Source: an uncultured Candidatus Peribacteria bacterium (GTDB lineage: Bacteria; Patescibacteriota; Gracilibacteria; Absconditabacterales; Absconditicoccaceae). Taken from it: a DNA stretch of 64,000 nt. This document shows positions 1 to 13,248 of this stretch, piece by piece (positions within the stretch are counted from its first letter, which is position 1; every line of letters starts with the position of its first letter). Below the pieces are notes generated by a model. The model did no database searches. It had not been told where the DNA came from and saw only the letters and a program-made list of their open reading frames with translations. The stretch covers positions 1,737 to 65,736 of the forward strand of contig CAZTFP010000002.1 of NCBI GenBank assembly GCA_964613015.1, in the 5' to 3' direction. The position numbers were made by a program, and so were the translations under genes.

Positions 1-3000
1 ATCATCATTGCCATCCGCAGTGCAATTACTAGCAATGATGCAGGCACACCAAATGCATTATATACAGCACTTACGGAAAAAAATATTTTGAGCCAAGGTA
101 ATGATACCTACAAACTCAATTTTGCGAGAAGCGATTTTGCAGATCTTGTAGATAGTGGATTATTGAAATACGAGCGCAAATGAGGGGTTTTTTGAGGTAT
201 CGATCAGCGCAAGAAAGTTGCAAATGTCCTAAGTAGAGCAAAACGAGCTGATTTAGATACCTTTGCCTCACTTGTCCAATCAAAAGATGACGTTACTATG
301 GCAGTCAAGGAATGGAATAATACCTTGGAAATGACGTGAAATGATAGAGAAAAAATGGAAAAATGAACAACACAGACATCGTTAATCACTACTGATAATG
401 TTTTGGAATTTTTGTGTGACTTCAACAGCGATGGACAAATTTCTGCGGAATATAAAAGAAAAAACAATAAAGAACAAAGAAATCAATGAGATGTGGGAGT
501 GCTTTTTGGACAACAAGTCATGTTTACGCTTGAACAAGCCATCAAAGTAAAAACGGTTGAGCTTGGTGAACCAAAATGAGAACAATTGGTCATCTCTAAT
601 ATCATAAAAAATATGAAAATAGCAGATAGTAGAAATCTAGAAAATACCTCTCTGGTCACTATGCAAAAAGATCCAACAAAATGTACCAAAGAAAATCTTG
701 CAAAACTCATCAATGGTGATATATCGGAAGGTATCTATCCTATGCCAGAAATGAAAATATTCTTTCTCGATGCTATCAAAAAAATCAATGGGTGAAGCAA
801 TGAAGTACAGCCAGATTTATATGATACGCTTGTCGGAAAAGACGCTGATGAAATACTTTCACTCTATGAAAGTGAGTCGACACTCAAAGCTAAACTTGAT
901 GAGATACTTACCCAATCAAAGGATCCACAAACAATCGAAATAATCAGAAAAGAATGACTTGTACGTGTCAGAGAAACAATATTCACTAAAATAATGACTG
1001 CTATCGATCATGTAGAGATTACAACCAACGATGGAGCTACAACACAATTACAAGCAGCATGAGTAGATAAATGACGAGAAACACATGCACTCAAAAAAGA
1101 ACTTCTAGAAAGTACTATCAAGAGTCTCATTCAGACAGGAATCCATTATAGCGAAACTTGAGGATGGAGATTTATGCTAGGATATGGTAAGGAATGAATA
1201 AGCCAGTCGGGAAGAACTAAACGAGCTCGATGAGTAGGATGATGAGTTATCATATGATCCGGCAAAGTAGAACTTGCTATAAATCTTTCATGAGAAGTTG
1301 CTGAACAATATAATCACAAAAACGTTATCAATGCAAATCTTTCCAAGGTAAAAAGTGCAAAATATGTCGGCATCGAATGATGAGCACTTGCAGAAATAAG
1401 TACTAGTGATCGATGAGTAGATGCAGAAGCATATGCAGGAATAGATCGACAAAAAGATCCTGTAGTCGGTATCAATCAAATCGATAAACAATATAGAGCA
1501 GTATCTGAAGAAATTTTTGATATAACCTGAGCTTCGACTACTACGCTCGCTAATAAAGCATCATTCAGATCATATATTTTAAAAAAAATAGTAGATTGAA
1601 AAAATGAAAATGTATATGGAAAATTTATAACAAATAACGAACAACATCTTACCGACAATCTTGATTTTATGGTAAGATATATGGATGCGAATAAGTTTTT
1701 TGGTAAAGATGGTATACTGACTAAATTTCCCAAAGCCAATGTAACGACTTCTATTAATGCATTACTCGATATTATCCAATCAGGAAATATAGAATCACGA
1801 AGATCTGATGTCATAGCATGACTTCACGGTAAGGTAGCACTTACGAAATTATCATTTGGCGTAACTACAAATGCATTGACACTAAAATCATGATCATGAG
1901 GCTGAGTCGGTGCACCTACAGCAACTTCTAATTCTGGTGAAACAATAATAGGATCAGGAAATACCACAACAGGAAATGGAGGAAATGAATCGTGAGAAAA
2001 TCAATCATGAGGGAATCTCGGTGAAAGTAGATTCGGCATTGCATGATTGTATATAGGGCTCAGAATATCTACATGGAAAAATAGTTATGTACCTAATGTA
2101 GCACAATATCTTTTCACTCAATATGAAACAGGACAAGGTATTGGGACTGAATATATCAACAATCCAACAAAAGATTTGGACAAATATGGAAAATATCTTA
2201 TAGCACTTTATAATGATAATAGATTAACATGTAACGTAGATAATTGAAGATTGATACTTACCTTCGAACCACAATGATCTACTCTTACGCTTGCAAAATT
2301 TTTGAATATCCACGCAACGAGCGATGCACAAAAATGATTTTCACTGAGAGGTAATGTACTCACAATAGGAAACATAGGTAATATGGCAGCATATACAGTC
2401 ACCGAAGCAAAAGGTGTTCGCAGAATGCTTTGTCTAGGAAGCAAAAAAATGGATGATGCTACTCGCGTGACAGGAGATATCTGAGCAACAAATATAGATC
2501 CAATGAAAGCTGATCCGGATGGATATATATCTATGACAAAAGAAAAAATAGAAGAAATCGTCAATACCATGACTGGTACATGAAGCAATGGAGAAATAGC
2601 AAAATCAGAGACAAAAATGTTTTTTGACGCTGAAGGCAAACTCATCAAACCTGCGAATGCTAAAGTTACTTTTATCGGTGTCACTGAATGACAACAACTC
2701 ACCACATGAACAGTAAATATCCAAAAAAATACTGACTGAACCTATACGGTCCAACTTACTCATTCGACACCAATCGATCAATTGACGATCACCTACAAAG
2801 ATCAAAAAGAATATGATGCAAAAATAGGAGAAGCTCTAAAAGTTGATGCTAATTGGAAAAAAGAAACTATTCCGAAAGAAGATATAATTAAAGAATTCAC
2901 TATGCCTGATACTATCAGCAAAGTATTTATTGACCTAACTGAAAAAACATTGTCGTTATTTAATATCTATAAAAATACGCTTTATAAAGATTTTATGGAA

Positions 3001-4056
3001 AGTGTTTTGGATGCTTGATCAGATGCTATCATCAATACCAAAGATTACGATACTGCGTTTGCTAAGCTCAAAAACATATTAAAAAACAATTCATGATATG
3101 CCACATTACCTGATGACTTCAAAACACTTATAGAATCTACCTTATCTAAAAACGAAAAAATCCTTATCGTAGATAAATTTAAAACCATATTTTCTTATGT
3201 CGTCGAGCTTACCAATTGAACAAATGATGGAGCAACTCTTGAACGAAAAATCACTCACGAAAGATGATCTCTTTATAAGACCATGAAAGGGCCTGATGGA
3301 AATCCATATCCTCTTACCACAGACTATAGAAAAATGATTGTAAACAACCTTAAAAAGGAAACTCAACTTAATCGTGACCCTGTAAAGAATCTTGTTGGGT
3401 TCACTGCATTTTATAAATTGAACAACAAGGGAAGAAAATATGCGATGACACCTTTGGGAGGAACCAATGTATTGGCATGATCTGACAAGAAACAATCTAT
3501 GATCCCTATCAATGATGGAGATAAACCTAAAGCACAAGAGTGGTTTATCAATAATCTCAAAATCAACGAAGATAATAAAAATGCAGTAATCGACAAAATC
3601 GTGCATCTTCTCGACAAAAATAACATAAAAATCACTTCAGCAGAAATCGAACCACGTCTTGCCGATTTTCTTTTAGGTAATGATATTATCATTCCATTTG
3701 ATGTTGACTCTTTTAAGAAAATAAATATAAGTACTAAACGAATATTCTATCTTTTAGGAGAATGTGGAAATGAATCTCTTGGTATGCAGATTGAGGGTAT
3801 TACTATTAACACCTTCATTCCTAACGAAGTGAAATATACAGCGAGTGGATCACCAGAGAAGAAATATAAAAACTGAATGGATCTTTCTATCAAGAGTCAT
3901 TCTATCGCTAGCAAAGTATTGACAAAAGAAAAGAGAGTCGGTATGAAACATCATGAATGAATGGATAATATTAAAAACATCGTCTCAGCGATAAGCAATG
4001 CCTGAGATGCCACCGATAAATGAAATATCCACACCTGAGATGGTGGTAATGAATAA
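1..4056 (+). CDS. very large hypothetical protein, 5'-truncated by the window edge (>1350 aa)
   Basis: Frame 1 is open from nt 1 to TAA 4054-4056 once TGA is read as sense. I walked nearly all of the frame (all but ~300 nt) codon by codon and saw no TAA/TAG. Track ORFs 586-795, 2047-2247, 2782-3018, 3283-3480 and 3499-3876 are all pieces of this frame. No family recognised. Confidence 0.7.
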
Positions 4057-4091
4057 TCTCTAATAGTTTTTAATCTCTTTAGATCACTATC

Positions 4092-7064
4092 ATGACACCA
4101 AGAAAACATCTTGTAGCAATCATTGCTGTCATAGCTTGTATAGCATTATGAAGTTTTTGATATGCTGACCGGATAAATAATATCCTTCCCATAGAAAGCA
4201 TGTCGAATGTAAACCCATGTTCTGATGTCGGAAAAATGTATCTCAATCAAGATAATGATAATGATGGTAAAGCAGATTATTATCTGTATCTGAATAGTAA
4301 TTTTATATTGAATGGTTCTACCAACGATTTTTCTGCTGGACAGATTTTGATGACTGATCAAGGGATTACCTATAGTAAAGTTAGATATTATAAACCATTG
4401 GCTGATATGCTCTATAAAGTAGATGCCAACAACAATGCTATGGCGCTTGATAATAGCACATTCTATAGAGCAAGCCGAGCATTCCCATATAATACTCCTC
4501 TCAGATGAATAGCTACTACACCGAACAAAGTAGTATTTGAAAGACCTGCAGATAATGACCCCAATAAAAATATTGTCAGTGTCATCTATGATTATAAATA
4601 TAAATATGCAGTAGGATTCTATGATAATTCAAATTCTGCCTATCGATACAATCAAATTCCTGATATGTCGTATATGGGAAACAATCCTACCTATATAACT
4701 ACCCTTCCTGGAACCTATGGAAACAGAAGAAGAAGCTGGTCATCTGAACAATCTAGTTCTACTTGTAAAAACTATGAACTTCATCGATGTGGTAATGGTA
4801 TAGTAGAGACTTCTAATTCTAGCTATATGAATACTTTCACTTCAGAACAATGTGATGGTACTGCATGAGTACCTTCTGGATATACCTGTACATCTACTTG
4901 TACTCTTCAAGCAGTTGTTGTGAAACCAACCTGTACACTTTCAACTTCTCCTGGAGTTATTGTGGTATGAACTTCTGCACAAGCATCGTGGACCATCAGT
5001 GGAAATTACACCAATACTCCACAGATTACCTATACACCAAACACACGAATAATAACAGGATTACCATATACTGTTACTACTGCAAATGGTCAACGTACTA
5101 TAACGCCTACACATACCGGAGCATATACCTTGAGTATGACCGTAAGCAATAGTGCATGATCATCAGTATGTACTGCACCAATTACCGTAAACCCACCACC
5201 ACAAAATCTCAGCTGTACATTGACCTTGAGTCCAAATCCTGTGTATGTCAATCAGACAGCGGCAGTAACATGGAATGTTACAGGCGGTACTTTTGTATGA
5301 ACCTATATCAATGTTAGTCCACTTATTGCATGATGGCCACATTGGGTAAATACTAATCAATATACCTGAACGACATACGCTATCCCTACTACTGTAGGAG
5401 ACTATACTTTTAATATGTTGGTTAATAACTCACAATCCTCTGCACTCTGTACGGGAATTTTACATGTTATCTCAAATACTCCTCCGACTTGTTCACTCAC
5501 TACTAGTACACCTACTATTACTTCAGGAGGAACTGCAATCCTTAATGGCTCATATACCAATGCCACACTAGCCACTATGACTCCGTTTATTTCATGATTG
5601 AATTTTATCTATCCTACACGAAGTAATTCCAGTATTTCTGTACATCCTATTGTTACTACAACATATATACTCACGGTAAATGGCTTATCATGAACGACTC
5701 CTGCAGTGTGTCCTGTTACTGTAACCGTTACCAATCCTATTGCGCCTACGTGTTCACTCACTACGAATACGCCTACTATTACTTCAGGAGGAACTGCAAT
5801 CCTTAGTGGATGATATACTCATGCTACACTAGCAAACATAACTCCAACTATTCCTGGACTTAATTTTATCTATCCTACACGAAGTAATTCCAATATTTCT
5901 GTTCATCCTATTATTACTACAACATATACCATGCTAGTAACCTGACAAGCGGGAACTACTCCTGCAGTATGTCCTGTTACCGTAACGGTACTGGGTAGTG
6001 CTCAACTTTCTCTTACCAAAGCATTGATAAATAATATACCTTATCATTCTGGAGACCTTGTTTCGTTTAGAATCGATTTTGCAAATATAGGAAATATTAC
6101 TACACACAATAATATTCTCAGCGATTATTTGCCTGCTTCACTGACGTATGAAAATAGTCAAATCTATGGAATAACTGCTCCTTATACATTTGGAACAGGT
6201 ATAAATGGAAACAATATTCTGGTAGAATATTCAGGTTTTACCCTCCTTCCTGGACAACAATGATACATGATCATTACAGGAAAATTTAAATGATATCAAC
6301 GATCAAATCAGACATTAAACAATGTATTCTTATCTTCTAATGAAACAAATATACTTTATGCTTCTGCATTATTTTATGCATATGCACCTTCAGCAAATGC
6401 TACTATAACCAAAACAGTAAATAAAGTTTCTTATTATCCTGGTGAAGATGCAAGATTTACTATCGCCGTGACTAATAATGGTCCTGACGCTATCGATAAT
6501 GTACAACTTATCGATACATGGCCAAATAGTTCGTGTATTGTTGCTGATCCTCTTTGGACAGCAAATATGCCTATGACTATGACAAATAGTAGTAATCCCT
6601 ATGCCTGGAATGTAAATACTTCATTGCCCGTTGGCCAAACAGCATACCTCTATCTTACCTGACACATAGCTAATAATCCAAGCTGTATAGGAACATATAT
6701 CAATGTTGTAGATCTCAGATATACTGTCAATGGAGTCCTCAAAACAGGACAAGCATATACAAATATCAATGTTATCATTGTCCCTACTTCTAGCATGACT
6801 ATCGAAAAGAAAATTATAAGTTATGGAAATAATGTTGGTGACAACGTGCAATATGAAATTGTTTATACGAATAATTGAACCGCCACTATTACAAATTATA
6901 ATGTTGTAGACTATTGGCCAGGAACATTAAACTTTGGTTCTGCTAGTCCTATGCCGACAACACAGACTACCACTTCATGATGAATGTTACTCAACCGAAT
7001 ATTTACTACTCCACTTGTTCCTAATGGATCTGGTAAGATTACACTCAATGGAACCATCAGATAA
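4092..7064 (+). CDS. secreted or surface repeat protein (Ig-like modules plus DUF11/TIGR01451-type conserved repeat domains)
   Basis: ATG 4092, TAA 7062-7064. The gaps between the track ORFs were checked codon by codon in frame 3 with TGA=Gly. N-terminal hydrophobic anchor MTPRKHLVAIIAVIACIALG. About four ~90-aa Cys-bounded modules are followed by DUF11-like units (e.g. GEDARFTIAVTNNGPDAIDNVQLIDTWP). One CGNG...CDG Cys-rich motif. Confidence 0.75.
5484..5990 (+). repeat. tandem duplication, 2 x 261 nt (87 aa), inside CDS 4092-7064
   Basis: tgttcactcac at 5490 recurs at 5751. PTCSLTTSTPTITSGGTAILNGSY...PAVCPVTVTV is repeated as PTCSLTTNTPTITSGGTAILSGGY...PAVCPVTVTV with high nucleotide identity by eye. 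Confidence 0.8.
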
Positions 7065-7139
7065 ATAATAACTACCCAATTATATATAACATAAACTACC
7101 AAGTAATAATCATTTATTTTATACCTTATTGTTACGGAA

Positions 7140-10100
7140 ATGATTTATAGTACCACCACTAAAAAAGCATTGTACGTCATCGCCATCAGTCTCTTATGTT
7201 TGGTATGATTTACTATGGCTGATGTAAATAATATAAACCTTGCACCTGCAACACAATCAGCCATTTCTGGTTCATTGGTAACGTTTACCATAACCTGAAT
7301 GAATGGTACTGGTGATGTATATCTCAAATATATCTTGCCAACTTCAGCAACATATAATGTTATGTATCAAAATGCAACGCTTACGCCTATAAATAATGCA
7401 CTATTGAGTCTTGGTAGTGAACATGACCCATTATTTCTTATCCCCGCAAACAGTAATTTTTCCGTAACAATTACTGCTAAAGTAACAACAACTATGCGAA
7501 CACTTCCTACGTTAACTACTACATGAATATTCGCTGCTGATATGCAAATGTCTACGATTCTTACTTCGGCAATAGCACAAATCACCCCTATAGCTGATCT
7601 TATGATAACAAATAGTTTGACATGATCTAACCCAATATATTCTGGAGATATCGTATCCTATTATATAACACTCCAAAACATCTGATCAACGTTTGCCACA
7701 TGAATAACGTTCATTAGCACATTTCCTATTCCTACATTAACTACTCCAACTGCGACGTTCAATGGTATTTCCTATACATACAATTATATAAATTATCCAC
7801 AAGACTTTGTATGGAGCGGAAGTTATTTAAGTAATTTGAATGCAGGAGATACAATTACTATTCTTTTGCATGCTGCTTTGACACAGGCATTTCCTGTAGG
7901 TACTTCATTCAGTCAAATAGCCAAGACAACTACAGTAACTCCTGAATATACAACGGGAAATAATGCTGCTACAGCAACTGGTGTCGTTGTATGACTTCCT
8001 GATCTCCGAATAACAAAAACGTTTCTCCAACCATGGCCATCATTTTCATGAGATCAAGCCATTTTTATTATTACCTATGGAAATAGTGGTTACGCTACCG
8101 CACAAAATGTTGTGCTCAATGACACTGTTTCCTCTAAAATCTCTCGATCATCATTTGGTCCATTATGATCTGGCCAAGGCAATGCATCTATTAATTTATG
8201 AAATATACCAGCAGGAAATAGTGGTAGTATCATTATGACATGATATCTTAATGGATATTATCCATCTGGATGACCATGATCTTCTGGATTGATAATCAAT
8301 ACCGCAAGTATTTTTATGACATGAACAACAACAGAAATATCTACCGGAAATAACTTTGCCACTGTTACTGGGTGGGTTATAGACAACCCTCAGATTGCTA
8401 TCGATCTCTCAGCAAATAATATCACTAGACCTAACCTTGATAATTCTCCGTATGGATCTTGACCCAACATCATGATACAGGCAGTTTCTGGAGATACCGT
8501 AAGATTAACAATAACATATATCAATACCGGTAATTTCGCATGTTGGTATGGGAATCTAACCTTTGCTTGACTGACATGATTCACTTCATATACAAGTCTT
8601 CCAGGTTCGCTCGGAAATATAGCACCACAGAGCTGAGCTACGCTCTTCGTGACATGAATCGTATGACCACAAAATTTTATTTCGTTCACACCAAAAGTCA
8701 CTATAACCTGCTGAGAATGAGGGAATCGCGCAAGAACATGAACCGACCAAGTCAAAATCAACGAACCACTTGTGTGTTGAGATGGACTCATTACGCAAAA
8801 TGAGCAATGTGATACCTTATGAAATCTCGGAGTTCTTTTTAGTGGTCAAGTCTGTGAAAATCAACAATGAGTATGTGTGCTCCGTACGGACAGTATCATA
8901 AACAATGCATGTATCAATTATCAATATATCAATCAACTTGGATGAATAACAACTGGTCAAGCATGCAGTTCAGTTACCCTTCCTCTTTTGAATGCAAGTT
9001 GTACCAGTATGACATGATCAGCCCCTACAATAAATGGAAACTGATACGGTGTAAATTTAACTTGTAAATGAGCAAATACAACTTCTACTACGCCTATTCA
9101 TATAGACTGTGGTAATGGAACAAGCATTTCATGATCAGGCGCAATGTTTAATGGTGTATGTAATTATGCTGCAGGATTTATAGGTAGCGCACAATGTACG
9201 GTTGGGAATAATACCAATCCATCATTATGTAAAGTGCCTGTTTCTATAAACGCAGGAAATTGTTGATCACTTAATGCACTCAATGGAACCGTAGCACTTG
9301 TCGATGAAAATGGCAATGCAGAAAGTACGTTTACCTGTCAAACAGTCAACGGAACGACAGCACAAACCATGACTATTACCTGTGGTAATGGTACTCAACA
9401 TACAGCAAACAATGTCTCTATTTTGCAGGCATGATGTGAATATACCAATGTGATAAATACACCACAGACTTATAATGTTCAATGTGTAGTCGATGGAGTA
9501 AGTGCTCCCGTCTGTCAACAAAATCTCATTGTAGATGAATGAAGATTGTCCTATTGTGGGAATGGTATCCGTGAATGATATGAAAATTGTGATGATGGAA
9601 ATCGTAATTGAACTCCTTGAGATTCTTGTACTCTCTGATGTGATATCAAATGATCAGCTATGGTGTGATGTTTTAATATCTGAAATACGAGCATTTCCAT
9701 AGAGAAATGAGAAATACTTCCGTTCCGATGGACGCTTGATCAAACAAATAATATTAGACAATGAAATACTTGTAATAACTTATCAGATGGTACAATACCA
9801 GAAGATACTATTATGTGTACCTTTGATATCTACAATGGAGATCAGACAGAAGCAGATTGAAATCCCGTATATTCTATCGTCAAAAAATGTAATACGGACA
9901 CTCGACAAAATGCTCCTATCTTCAACTATTTTTTACATCAATGATGGCGATCACTCACCCATGCATTTGGAAAATATGATATGAATTCAAATGATTTTGT
10001 AAGTAATGTCTTTGGTGAGTATAAAATAGTATTGGATAAAGTAGCGTATAAATATTGTTTGTGAAATAACCAAGAAGTCGGTACAGAAATAGATAGAGTA

Positions 10101-10934
10101 TGTAGTGTTGACTTTTCAGTTACTCAACCATACTTAGCACAGAAGAGTTCGTTTGGTCTTACACCAAAAGCTACCACCGTTCCTCTAGATGGATATAAGA
10201 TGATTAACGGTGATGATCTCATTGATAGTACAGATCTCAATACTATTATGGTGCTTAATGAAGCAACGTACAATTGAGGAAATACTATTACGACTATGAT
10301 GGATAGTTTCATAAACAAATATGCTAAACTTGCTATCAAACATGGAACACTTCTTTCTGATGATGGTAATACTATAACTACCTATAAAGTTCCTGGACAA
10401 GATATAGTAGTTTTAAAAGGTGTGGGAACAATTACCTATACGGAGCCAGCAAACACAACCCAACCATTTACGGTTATTGTTGATGGCCCAAGTATAAAAA
10501 TAAACTGATCTATAGAAAATACAAATGCTATGTTCTTAGTCAATAAATGAAATATAACATTTCTCCCATCAGTAGATGCATGTACAAAAACACAGGTCGA
10601 TAAATGAATTTTCGTCACTAGTCAATGATCATTTTTGGCTGGACCAGATCTTACCAATACCAATACGAATAAAGAATGGTGTATGTATGGATGATTAAAA
10701 ATACAATGAATACTCATCGGAAATGGTATACAAGACCTTGTACAATCTAGAAGATCACAACTTAATGGTTGGTTTTATGTATGATGATCATCTGATGCAG
10801 CAATCAAAGCAGAAAGAAGAAACGAAATATTTAATGGTGCTTCTGTATTAATTGAATATAGTCCAAGTTTATGGAGTGCATTACCTCCAGGAGCAAGTGA
10901 ATTTACTAAAGCATTGGATGTATATAAGCAATAA
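7140..10934 (+). CDS. giant secreted protein (1264 aa) with DUF11-like repeats and Cys-rich CGNG..E.CDDGN repeats
   Basis: ATG 7140, TAA 10932-10934. Frame 3 was walked codon by codon for 7500-10934 with no TAA/TAG. Signal-like N-terminus MIYSTTTKKALYVIAISLLCLVGFTMA. Motifs CGDGLITQNEQCD and YCGNGIREGYENCDDGNRNGTPGDSCTLGC resemble the Myxococcus-type cysteine-rich repeat (TIGR02232). Confidence 0.75.
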
Positions 10935-10964
10935 AAAAACACTCTATTATAAAAATAAAAGAGA

Positions 10965-10998
10965 CAGACTTTCCTTTTGTGGGAAGCCTGTTTTTTTT
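10965..10998 (+). terminator. imperfect hairpin plus T8
   Basis: cagactttcc-ttttgtg-ggaagcctg followed by tttttttt, directly after the stop of CDS 7140-10934. Confidence 0.45.
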
Positions 10999-11185
10999 CT
11001 CTCTACCGTTTATCTGTAATCGTTTTTTGATCCATGTAGTTAGCTACATTCACTTGACTTATTTAATAAGATATGTATATACATTAACATGTATCATTGA
11101 GATACGTCTGCACTAGACAGTTATTTCTAGGAAAAATACTGAATAAAAAAAATAAAAAAAATTAAATAAAACATTAAAAAAAATT

Positions 11186-13198
11186 ATGAAGACAAAAATG
11201 TTAAGTTTTGTAATGTGCGCTCTCCTTGTTATGATTATAGGATTGAGCAATGCACACGCGATGGTGAATGACACTATTTGCCAAGGAGACACCATCACTA
11301 TCGGGAATACATTCCCCGGTACTGTTTGGTACTTATGGACTCCTGGATCTTACGGTAATTTTGCCCAGATCTCAGTAGCTCCCACTACTACTACTATGTA
11401 CATTGAAACCGATGAGAATTCGTCGTATGTCATTATCCACAGAGACACCTTCAATGTTGTGGTAAAGCCCAAACCTACCGTTTGGATTACATCACCAGGA
11501 GGTATCACTACGGTTTGTGTCGGAGGAAGTTTGCAATTGACGGCAAATTCCGCCTCAAGTCCTATCTCCTATCTTTGGAGTACAGGAGCAACGACACAAC
11601 AAGTCACGGTCTTTCCGGTTACTAGTCCAACCATCTATTCGGTAACAGGTACTTCTAATGGATGTAGCAATAGCGCAGCATTCACGGTGTATATACAGCC
11701 ATCACCGATAGCGTATACTATCACCGGAGATTCTACGTATTGTGCGTCACAAGCGGGAGTACTTATTGGGCTGAATGCCTCGGAAGCTGACTGCTACTAC
11801 ACCTTGTACAAAAATGGTGTAACCGTACAAACGATTAATGGAACTGGATTCGCTCTTAGTTTCGGAACGCAAGCTTACGGTACGTATATTATCAAAGGAT
11901 TCAAAAACACGCTCGGCTGTGAAGCCCAGATGAATGGATCCCTGCATGTTACAACAGTTCCTTTGCCACAAGCCGCTGGGCCAATTATCGGTCTAACTAC
12001 CGTGTGTCAAAATAGTGTGATGACGTATTCTACTGGTATTATACTCTATGCAACATCATATGACTGGTCACTACCTACCGGAGCTACTATAGTTTCTGGC
12101 CAAGGGACACAGATCATTACCGTTGATTTTAGCAGTGCCATTTCGGGACTCATTAAAGTCCGCGGACATAATACCTGTGGAGACGGTGTGTTTACCGACA
12201 CCCTCGTTACCGTTCATCAAGCACCCAATCTCACCGTAAGTGCAAGTAGTACAACTATTTGTGCTGGAGTGAATATCACCTTGATGGCAACGACTACCGC
12301 TAGTGGATGTACATTTTTGTGGAGCAACAGTCTCGGAACATCGAGTATAGTAACAGCTTCACCTATGAATGATATCACCTACTCAGTAACTGTTACGGAT
12401 AATAATGGATGCACAACCACAGGAACTATTTTTATCACTGTACATCCAGTACCCGTAGTAACCCTTCATTTGGTACAAAACCACTTCTGTCCTGCACAGG
12501 GACCAACCAAGCTTTTGGGTGGTTCACCTACAGGTCTAGGAGGAACGGGAATCTACAGCGGAACTTGTGTCCAACCCGGTGATACGGTCATACCATCATC
12601 TACAGCACCGAGTACCTACGTCATTACGTATACATATACTACACAATATGGCTGTAGTTCTGCTGCTACCGATCTTGCAGTGTTTTATGCTGCCACGCCT
12701 CCTATATTTTTGAGTATCAATGGCCCTATCTATACGGATACGCCACCCTTTGATCTCATGCCGTATGTTTCACCATTTGGTGGTACATTTAGTGGGCCTG
12801 GTACAAACACAAGTAACAGCATGTTTAATCCAGCAGCAGCTGGCGCTGGTACGCATCAGGTGTTTTATACTTATACTCACCCGATCACCGGATGTACTGC
12901 AACGCAAAGCCAATACATCAATATCGGTGCACTAGGAATTGGTGAAATACGTCTAGTAGTAAGCGCTATTGGACTATTCCCTAACCCAGTTAGCAATTAT
13001 GTACAACTTTCTGGTATCAATACTAAAGAGATCGTATCTCTCAATGTACTTGATATAACTGGCAGATTGTTTTATACCAACAATGCCCTGAGTAAAACTA
13101 TGCAAATTGATTTAGCATCATTTGATCCAGGGATCTACATTATTACTTTTACCAGCGTCAACGGCATATCTGCCAGCAAACGTTTCATAAAGAAGTAA
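11186..13198 (+). CDS. T9SS type-A C-terminal sorting-domain protein, Bacteroidota-like (Ig/PKD-like repeats); apparently foreign
   Basis: Uninterrupted 670-aa ORF under the standard code. Signal peptide MKTKMLSFVMCALLVMIIGLSNAHA. Repeated Cys-bounded Ig-like modules. The C-terminus LFPNPVSNYVQLSG...LNVLDITGRLFY...DPGIYIITFTS...KRFIKK fits the Por_Secre_tail (TIGR04183) pattern. No in-frame TGA, CGA or CGG. G+C is visibly higher than in the neighbours. Confidence 0.85.
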   Translation: MKTKMLSFVMCALLVMIIGLSNAHAMVNDTICQGDTITIGNTFPGTVWYLWTPGSYGNFAQISVAPTTTTMYIETDENSSYVIIHRDTFNVVVKPKPTVWITSPGGITTVCVGGSLQLTANSASSPISYLWSTGATTQQVTVFPVTSPTIYSVTGTSNGCSNSAAFTVYIQPSPIAYTITGDSTYCASQAGVLIGLNASEADCYYTLYKNGVTVQTINGTGFALSFGTQAYGTYIIKGFKNTLGCEAQMNGSLHVTTVPLPQAAGPIIGLTTVCQNSVMTYSTGIILYATSYDWSLPTGATIVSGQGTQIITVDFSSAISGLIKVRGHNTCGDGVFTDTLVTVHQAPNLTVSASSTTICAGVNITLMATTTASGCTFLWSNSLGTSSIVTASPMNDITYSVTVTDNNGCTTTGTIFITVHPVPVVTLHLVQNHFCPAQGPTKLLGGSPTGLGGTGIYSGTCVQPGDTVIPSSTAPSTYVITYTYTTQYGCSSAATDLAVFYAATPPIFLSINGPIYTDTPPFDLMPYVSPFGGTFSGPGTNTSNSMFNPAAAGAGTHQVFYTYTHPITGCTATQSQYINIGALGIGEIRLVVSAIGLFPNPVSNYVQLSGINTKEIVSLNVLDITGRLFYTNNALSKTMQIDLASFDPGIYIITFTSVNGISASKRFIKK

Positions 13199-13218
13199 TG
13201 TATTCTACTCACTTAGAT

Positions 13219-13248
13219 GTGGCAAGTATATCTTGCCACATTTTTTTT
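13219..13248 (+). terminator. rho-independent terminator
   Basis: gtggcaag-tatat-cttgccac followed by a(t)8. Confidence 0.6.

Noticed and set aside
4865-5152. Alternative-frame track ORFs inside real genes, e.g. 4865-5152, 26543-26767, 43668-43898 and 9736-9984.
   Set aside because: Each overlaps a frame that is continuous across the whole gene and carries the family motifs. These ORFs are out of frame and compositionally odd.
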